A stretch of 64,000 nt of DNA from Carcharhinus longimanus (Eukaryota): the NCBI GenBank assembly GCA_030264375.1, contig JASCQW010000156.1, forward strand, positions 13,507,326 through 13,571,325, given 5' to 3'. How positions within the stretch are numbered: the first letter of the stretch is position 1; each line of letters opens with the position of its first letter. Below are positions 56,701 to 64,000 of the stretch, one piece after another. The notes beneath the pieces are model-generated. The model saw only the letters and a program-made list of their open reading frames with translations, ran no database searches and was not told where the DNA came from. The translations under genes and the position numbers were made by a program.

Positions 56701-59700
56701 TGACTACGCCTGTCTGGAACAATAGGTTACAGCCACAGTTATATTACAATGCATATAAGAATTCAGCTTGGAGCAGGTTTTGTGACAGAAAGGACAAACA
56801 TCACAAGATATGGGGAATTCTAAGCAGATTACCAGTCTTTATCAGTGTGCCTAAAGGTTAAGACTTGTCAGTCTCAACCTTTAGGCACACATCAACATAC
56901 GGGCATATGACAATCAGGAAAAGATCAGATTATGGAGAAGGCTCCACGGCTATCCCCATCCTCAACAGATAAAGGTAAAATACTGTGGATGCTGGAGTCT
57001 GAAACAAAAACAGAAAATGCTGGAAAATCTTAGCACGTGTGACAGCATCTGGGAGACAGAATAGAGCCAATGTTTTGAGCCTCAATGACCCATCATCAGA
57101 GCTGACGGAGGGTCATCCAGACTCAAAATGTTGGCTCTATTCTCTGTCCACAGACTATTCCTCCAGCAGTTGGCGGGCGGATGCGGGGAATAAGGGGGAG
57201 AAGATAAAGCTGATGTATTCCTCCAACCATCTTCTGCCACAAGTGCCAGTGAATGATCCATCTCCCCAGCATCATAGATGCCAGCCTTCAGCCAACTGGA
57301 TTCACCCCATGTGATAATAAGAAATAGCTTAAGGTGCTGCATACGGCAAAGGCTAAGGGTCCTGATGATATTCTGGCAACAGTATCAAAGACTTCTGCTC
57401 CAGAACTTGGCGTGCCCCTAGCCAAGCTGTTGCACCACAGCTACAACACTGGCATTTACTGGACAATGTGGGAAATTGTCTCAGTATGCACTGTCCATAC
57501 AAAGCAGGATAAATACAACCCAGTCAAATACTGTTCATAAGTCTACTCTCCATCTTCAATAAAGTGATAGAAGGGCTATCCAATAGCACTTGCTCTGCAA
57601 TAACCTGCTCAGTTTGGGTTCTGCCAGGGTCACTCATTCCTTACCTCATTATACCCTCAGTTCAAACATGGACTAAAGAGCTGAACTCCAGAGGTGAGGT
57701 GAGAGTGACTGCTCTTGACATCAGGGCAGCTTGGCAGCTTTTGAGCGAGTATGGCATCAAGGAGCTCAAGCAAAACTGGAATCAGTGGGAATCCTTTCCG
57801 CTGGAGTCATACCTAACACAAAGGATAATGTCGATCACCTCAGTTCCAGGACATCACAGCAGGAGTTCCTCAGGTCACTGTCCTTGGCACAACCATCTTT
57901 ACTTGTTTCATCAATGACCGTCCTTCAATCATAAGGTCAAATGGGGATTTTCATTATGATTGCACAATGTTCTGCGCCATTGACAGAGCTAAGCGATTCC
58001 ATAACAAATGGATCAATCTTCAACATACTGGGAGTTTACTTTGACCAGCAACTGAACTGGACTAGCCATATAAATACTATGTTTACCAGAGCAGGTCAAC
58101 GGCTAGGAATCCTGTGGTCAGTAACTCACCTCTTGATCCTCCCCCTCCCCAAGCCTGTCCACAATCTACAAGGCTCAAGTCAGGAATGTGATGAAATACT
58201 CTCCACTTGCCTGGATGAGTGCAGCTCCAACCACCATCCAGGGCAAAGCTACCCCTTCCATATTCAATCTCTCCACCACTGATGAACAGTGGCAGCAGCA
58301 TGACCATCTATGAAACTCACCAAGGTTCCTTAAACAACACCTTCCAAACTCACAACCACTACCAACTAGAAGGACAAGAGCAGCAGATATGTGGCAACAC
58401 CACAACCTGGAGGTTCCTTTCCAAGTCACTCACCAACCTGATTTGGAAATGTTTCATTGTTTGCTCATTGTCGCTGGGTCAAAAATTGGAACTAACTCCC
58501 TCCCTAATGGCAGTGTGGGTTTACTACAACTCATGATGTAGCGGTTCAAGAAGACAGCTCACCACTACGTTCTGAAAGGCAACTAGGAATGTGCAATAAA
58601 TGCTGCTCCAGCCAGCAATGTCCTCATCCCGCAAAATGAATTAAAAAACATTCACTACTCTTCAAATGCTGAAACAGTCCACATCCAAATGCAATGAGAC
58701 CTGAACAAGAAACATTTCGTGCCACGCCAGTGCCAGGCAATGACCATCTCCAACAGAGAAAATCCATTCAACGTCCCTCAAATGTCAATAGCATTACCAT
58801 TGCTGAATTCACCCTTATCAACAACCTGGAGGTTACTATTGGCCAGTAACTGAACTGGAATAGTCATATAAACACTACAAGGGTAGGCCAGGGGCTGGGA
58901 ACCATGCAGCAAGTAACTCACTTCCTGATTCGCCAAGGTCTGCCTGCCATCTACAAGGAACAAGTTAGGAGTGTGATGGAATACTCTCCACTTACCTGGA
59001 TGAGTGAAACTCCAACAACACTCAAGAAACTCAACACCATCCAGGACAAAGCAGCCTGCTTGACTGCCACTATCTACAAACATTCACACCTAGTGCATTT
59101 TTCCACCATTTCTATTTCATATTTTCAATAGTTTTCTTTTTGCTCCCAAAGTAATTTCTCCAAATCAACTTTTCTCAGAGTTGCATTCACATACATCTAT
59201 TCCACATGGAATTTACTTTTCCAAGCCCATACCTGTTTTTTTGATATAGCTGAGAGACAGAGAAGGGTAGATCCTACTGACACTAACTATTCGATGAATC
59301 CTCCCAAGAGCTTTATTGTGAACTTTCTTGTACAAGAATTGCACAGCTGGATCAAAACGTCTGCACAGAGACAGAAAATAGACATTAATGTCAAGCGTAG
59401 AGTTTATCTGTTCTGTTTTATGTGAACTTCAATAACACGCTGCTACCAACGGAAGTTTATTCTGGCAGAATAATGAAGTGGTTTCTGAAACTAACAAATC
59501 CATTCAGATTCCTGAGGTTAGTGCCAGTATTCCAAAACTGGATTTAAGAGGTTAGAATGGAGAAAACATTGGGAACATCAACAAGGTCACATGTCTTGGG
59601 CACATTTTTAAAAAACAAGTTATAATACTATGCTCCCCGCTACCTGTTTTTTAATTTGTCATCTCCCCTCTTCCCCTGAAGCCTGTTCCTGAGGTATAGT

Positions 59701-62163
59701 TCCATGCTCACCAGTGAATCACCCATTCAGCAAATGTAAGCGAAGTGAATACCAGGAAGCTATCTGATTGCTGGAGATGTTACAGTTGAACCTATTCACC
59801 TAATGTATGCAAATAAAGACATATATGCTTTCTTGCTGTGAACAGGGCCAGCACCCCTGGCTGATTTTAATTTACCCTTCCATTTTGGCCAGCTGAGATC
59901 TGGGTATATTTGCCCAGAGGGAGTCGCCACCCATGTTTTGATTTAGCAAATAAGTTACCAAAGCAATAGCCTATGCAGTTGGGATTTTATCATTAACCTC
60001 AGCTGGTAGACTTTACTCACTTATAGAGTCCACACACCAGAGGTTGCCCACATCTTGCAGCTTCATCGAAGCACGACTCAGCCATTTGTTTGTCTAAACT
60101 CAGTAGCTTTTCACAGAATACTCCTTTACCTGCAACACAAAGAAAATAATTCATTCATTTCAGAGAACCGTATACAAGACAAGACAATAATAACCCTTCA
60201 CGGTATTCTGGTGGAGTCTGGCTAAGTACGACTGAATAGAGTTTCTGTTTTGTGTATACTTGGGAATTTGGGCTTTGGAATTTGGAATTCAGGTTTTCAC
60301 TGAAAATCACTGGCATAATGACAAACATAAAATCCTCCAAGCACCTGGCTACAAATGAGAAAAAGTTCATTTATCAGACAACAAGCTTCAACCTGTATCC
60401 TTTGTAGGAGTGTGAGAAAGATACTGGAAGGAGTTAATCAGAAATGAATGGGCTCTGGCTGCATAAAACTTTAAGGGGAAAAGCGTTTCCACATGCAAGA
60501 GGAAATCTAACTTCCTGGAGAAAGCTTTGCAGGATGGTGCATGTGGTTGTCAACTGCAGTTAGAATCAGCCTTGGCAAATGCAGTCAAATAAGCTTCCAC
60601 AAACAACAATCCAGGCTCTGCTTGAACCTTAGCTACTCAGAAGAGGCACTTCTGGGCTCCTGAAATACTTGCAGCACATTTTATTTACTTTCAAGGACAG
60701 GAAGGGAAAAATGAGGAGATAAAAAGCAACAATCCTTGTGGTTGGCATTACTGAATTGCCAACGGTGCTGCCTACAGTAGATCAGGGGACGTGTTATTTT
60801 ATACCCATTACCTAGCACGGTGGCACAGTGGTTTGCACTGCTGCTTCATTGCACCAGGGACCTGGGTTCAATCAGTGTGTGAAGTTTGCACATTCTCCCC
60901 AGTTCTGTGTGGGTTTCCTCTGGATGCTCCGGTTTCCTCCCACAGTCCAAAAGATATGCTGGTTAGGTGCATTGGCCAAGCTAAATTCTCCCTTAGTGTA
61001 CCCGAACAGGCACCAGAGTGTGGCGACTAGGGGATTTTCACAGTAACTTCATTGCTGTGTTAATGTAAGCCTACTTGCGACTAACAAATAAACTTAACTT
61101 TTTAAACTACAATGTATCATTTTATAGCTAAAGGGTGAATAAAACTAGGCTTTTAAGGTTACAAATTCTAACAAATGTTAAGTAAACATTGGGTTAATTG
61201 AAAAAAATAAACCACTAATCTATTTTGGGATGAGCACCCTTTACTTTGTTTGTGGCAAGACCAACTAAGAGGCTCGGGTCACTGTGCCTCTGGTATTTCC
61301 TGCATGTAGCAAACTCTTCTGTGCTTTGACGAGAAGAGCTCTTGGTCTTAATTAAGTTTTTTTTTAAATAGTTGCAGAAATTTGCATTTGACAACAGGCA
61401 TGTGTAGTGCACAGGGAATATGTATTATTGAAAAGCAATAAAAATGATTGATGCATATCAGTCAATTAAGTTTGTAACCTCACCTGAGTTAAATAAACAA
61501 TTATAAACAATTATAACATTACGGATTACAGGAACATAAAACTTCACTCGAGTATCCCATCTCGATTTCCATCTTTGTTATCTGCCTATTTCCACTTACA
61601 ATTCCCCTGGTCCCTCCTCTCCTCAGTGACGGTGTCGATCCATAATTTATGGCAGTTACATGGGTTGCAGCAACTGTGCCAAGATCTCAGCCAAGTGGTT
61701 ACGATTTACACAGAATCCAAACATCACACAACTATCTGATAACATTGAGCACCAAAGCAAATGCTTATCTTTATCAAATGTCCAAACAAATGTATTTTTC
61801 AGCAGAAACACTGGCTTGCATTCACGAATAGTGTTGCTGACTGATCACATAACCCCCCCCGCCACCCTGCTCCAGAGATGTTATAGAAGCTTCCGGTAGC
61901 TCCCCAGGCTTAAACAACTAACATAGCACATGTTTGCAATCAAAATTAGGACTATCTGGTTGACTCAGAACCACAGCACATGAAGTAGACCCATTTAACC
62001 TTTAGAGCAAACTGACAAGAGTTACCTCCTCAACATCATCCTTCCTTGTCCCTCCAATTCCCATCTGCATTTATCCAAAACGCACACCATACCTGCGCGT
62101 AAAGCATCCAGGACTATTTCCGAGCCTTCTTCTGCCAGCGAGCAAATAATAATTCCTGAGACA
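50596..62163 (-). CDS. Gfo/Idh/MocA-family oxidoreductase (myo-inositol 2-dehydrogenase/IolG-like), 5'-partial; probable intact ortholog of human TP73-AS1/GFOD3P. Exons 62163-62093, 60129-60021, 59360-59233, 56676-56569, 54161-54043, 53574-53418, 50744-50596
   Basis: Seven GT-AG exons with matching phases give an open 279-aa frame. It carries family motifs ALRAGKGVFCEKL, KRFDP, GGIFYDGVVHDLD, DQKLEVHGSEGTL and AAEQSWRNG. The N-terminal GxGxxG exon(s) were not found in the window. Confidence 0.9.
50905..51312 (+). mobile_element. DeuSINE-like element
   Basis: catctttccgatgagatgttaaaccaaggc..aaaagatcctgtggcactatttc..cacttcaaaagtacttcatt. Confidence 0.75.
53418..53574 (-). CDS. Oxidoreductase exon, 157 bp
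   Basis: ccttcaag|GTT...AAA G|gttagc; VHGSEGTLRMDNRNALGITEQGTPRPVCSHLHYDQYKDAYRDLLKHFLKTLK. Confidence 0.92.
54043..54161 (-). CDS. Oxidoreductase exon, 119 bp
   Basis: cctgacag|AG ATT...GAG|gtaagt; IAALKDADTVSVSMKFASGAIVTLDVSQHCTRSSDQKLE. Confidence 0.92.
54940..55254 (+). mobile_element. HE1/V-SINE-like SINE nested inside a DeuSINE-like element
   Basis: Full head, V-domain and tail; host sequence ccactctag...acttgaacac resumes on the far side. Confidence 0.85.
55288..55549 (+). repeat. 28-bp GC-rich minisatellite (gcrgcacrgaaggggcgctgcgctatca)n with a collapsed 100-N gap
   Basis: About three copies on each side of the gap at 55373-55472. Confidence 0.92.
56569..56676 (-). CDS. Oxidoreductase exon with the catalytic GGxxxDxxxHD motif, 108 bp
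   Basis: ttttaaacag|GT GGG...CAA G|gtagga; GGIFYDGVVHDLDTVCWLLGENAPDTIFSLGHAFCQ. Confidence 0.93.
56965..57156 (-). mobile_element. Penelope-like element terminal (pLTR) remnant with an inverted duplication
   Basis: aaaatactgtggatgctgg..acagaaaatgctggaaaatct..gacagcatct followed by a ~42-bp inverted repeat. Shorter copies at about 11465-11520, 30380-30450, 30565-30600 and 34695-34780. Confidence 0.6.
57160..59080 (+). mobile_element. Degenerate non-LTR retrotransposon (RT-bearing LINE, CR1/L2/Jockey group), two pieces, antisense to the oxidoreductase intron
   Basis: KAKGPDDI..APELGVPLAKL, WTKELNSRGEVRVTALDIRAA, FERVWHQG, ILGVYFDQQLNWTSHI, YKEQVRSVMEYSPLTW; tail aataaatgctg..aatgaattaaaaaa at about 58600-58648. 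Confidence 0.82.
59233..59360 (-). CDS. Oxidoreductase exon with the RFDP motif, 128 bp
   Basis: ctgtgcag|A CGT...ACA G|gtatgg; RFDPAVQFLYKKVHNKALGRIHRIVSVSRIYPSLSLSYIKKT. Confidence 0.92.
60021..60129 (-). CDS. Oxidoreductase exon with the CEK motif, 109 bp
   Basis: tgttgcag|GT AAA...TAT AA|gtgagt; GKGVFCEKLLSLDKQMAESCFDEAARCGQPLVCGLY. Confidence 0.92.
60813..61100 (+). mobile_element. V-SINE (second tail type)
   Basis: gcacggtggcacagtggttt..cccgaacaggcaccagagtgtggcgactaggggattttcacagtaacttcattg. Confidence 0.85.
62093..62163 (-). CDS. Oxidoreductase exon (Rossmann fold part), 71 bp
   Basis: tttgtgcag|T GTC...GCA G|gtatgg; VSGIIICSLAEEGSEIVLDALRA. Confidence 0.88.
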
Positions 62164-63125
62164 CTGCACAAACAACAGCACAGGAAACAATTAGGTGTCT
62201 GTGTAGATCAACCTGAAATCCATCTCAGATCTCAATTCATTTTTACGAATACAACTAAAATGCTTTCATTCTAATTTGCAGAAGGAGACCACGGCAAGGA
62301 AAAATGTTCCATTGAACCAAATTTTTTCAGTTGCATTAATCACAAGGGCTGAGAAACAAAATAATAGAAACACAGTTTCTATTCACCTCCAGTCAATGTT
62401 CTGCCATATTACCTGCTGTCCAAACAGCCAATAGAACAGGATTGTCCTTGCACAAGATAAAAATAGAAGAAACTGAAAAATTCAAAATAAAGCAAAGAAA
62501 GCTTCTTCATCCAGAATAATCATTAGAACAACTCTAAAAGGTGAACTTCGAACAGACCTGCTGTCCGTTGAGAATTCATGGTTTGATTTCCGTAACATGT
62601 CCTATGCAAGGTTTTTATTGGCAATACTCACTGATTCACAATGTTTAAAGGAACATCACTTCATAAATGAATGGCCAAAACGGTCAACAGACAGGTGCCA
62701 TTATGGGCAGATAGCAGCTGACAATGGCATTCATTCATCTTGCAACGGAGTAACCAACTGCACCTAGTCCATTACATATTAGGGTACCACAACTGAAGTT
62801 AAACAAAATCTGACTTTGCTCATCAGAGTACCTTGTATAGTTCAAACATTACATCTTGTTGAGGGGTGGGAAAACAGTAAACATTACTGTTCTGATGATA
62901 TTGTGGAACAAAATGAGGAAAAGTCAGCAACTGAATGCTGAATTTGGTTCCACTTGGCTAAGGAAGAGCAACTGGTTAGATCCAATCCAAGCTGAAGTAA
63001 CTGTTTTCAACCAGCTCTACAGGGATGGGAGCTATGAAGAGCTTTGTGGTCTACAACTAGGTATTAGTTAGCAAGAGACAAACAGCCTGAGTGTCTACTC
63101 CTCTCTGTTCCTATTCAGCAACAAA

Positions 63126-63460
63126 GGGGAGGTGATGGCCTATTGGTATTATCGCTAGGCTATTAATCCAGAAATTCTGGGGATCCAGGTTCGAATCCCA
63201 CTTCGCAGCTGGCGGAATTTGAAATCAATAAATAAAAAATCTGGAATTAAGAATCAACTGATGGCCAGGAAACCATTGCCAAAAAAAAAAATCATCTGGT
63301 TCACTAATGTCCTTTAGGGAAGGAAATCTGGTCCTTACCTGCTGTGGCCTACATGTGATTCCAGGGTCACAACAATGTGGCTGACTCTCGACTGCCCTCA
63401 GGCAACTAAGGATGGGCAATAAATGCTGGCCAGCCAACAACGCTCATGTCTAATGAATAG
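63126..63460 (+). mobile_element. tRNA-derived SINE sharing the 3' tail (ggatgggcaataaatgctggcc) with the LINE at 57160-58648; related copy at 52621-52950
   Basis: A/B-box-like head (tggcctattggt, ggttcgaatccc) and shared body ggaaatctg..cttacctg..ctaca.gtga.tccag..cacarcaatgtg. Confidence 0.7.
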
Positions 63461-64000
63461 GGCATGAATATGGATTCCACATAAAAAATAAGTTCCTGTG
63501 CTGATATCCTGCCCTGGCAGATACTTACACTCTAGACTTCCAGATGATGAATGGCCACTTAGGCAAAATCTGTGGCTCATTAGTCTTTCAGGAGTGCCCA
63601 CTTGAAGAGGAAATTAAAAAGCCTAACAAGAAGACATTATACAAGTATACAAAGAAAGATGAGAAATGATCTTCAAAGCCATCCTTGCTGATACTATCCA
63701 TTAATGATGCACACTCGTGCATCTCCCTTCTGCACTGGTGGAATACCAAGCGAAATCAGCCAAAGCAGAATTTCAGGAAAGACTCTTGGAGAATCCTCAA
63801 TGCCCGAGGCAAACAAGCAACTCATGGAGATAGTGGTGGATCTAAACTATCCCAACTATTCTGTTGCCTCCATAATAGGAGCGCACTGCTCCAAAATGTG
63901 CAAATGTGTGTAGAATAAATACGCAATTCATAACCGTACCGTTGGTCATTGAGCACAATGTCAGCGTCCTGTCCCCGTAACACCCTGGTGTTTGCAAGAA

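Noticed and set aside
50596-62163. Bacterial contamination or recent horizontal transfer of iolG
   Set aside because: The gene has six spliceosomal GT-AG introns in the window, several filled with host SINEs and LINEs.
62590-62670. Upstream oxidoreductase exon ending at the gtgagt donor near 62626-62631 (- strand)
   Set aside because: In-phase stop ten codons upstream, no polypyrimidine acceptor and no GxGxxG motif.

Overview
Vertebrate genomic DNA, very likely a shark (inferred from HE1/V-SINE-like, DeuSINE-like and CR1/HER1-like repeats), with five N gaps. Two convergent spliced genes can be rebuilt from GT-AG junctions with matching phases. (1) On the + strand, TP73 exons 5-14 by human numbering (18112-33729; about 489 aa: DNA-binding domain, oligomerization domain, PY motif, SAM, TID, SUMO site). 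Exons 1-4 were not found and are presumably upstream of the window. (2) On the - strand, the last seven coding exons (62163 to 50596; 279 aa) of an uninterrupted Gfo/Idh/MocA (myo-inositol 2-dehydrogenase-like) oxidoreductase. It lies tail-to-tail with TP73, where human has the lncRNA/pseudogene TP73-AS1 (KIAA0495; renamed GFOD3P as I recall). The best lead is this apparently intact protein-coding ortholog, which keeps the Lys/Asp/His catalytic triad but has lost several family motifs. Other leads: a His8 insertion in p73, a p73beta-type tail, inverted LINE ends flanking exon 6, a head-to-head SINE pair, Penelope-type decayed hammerhead palindromes, a 46-bp hairpin with a 4-bp flanking duplication, and a minisatellite inside a nested SINE. 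Exon coordinates were counted by hand; repeat boundaries are approximate and repeat family names come from recall.
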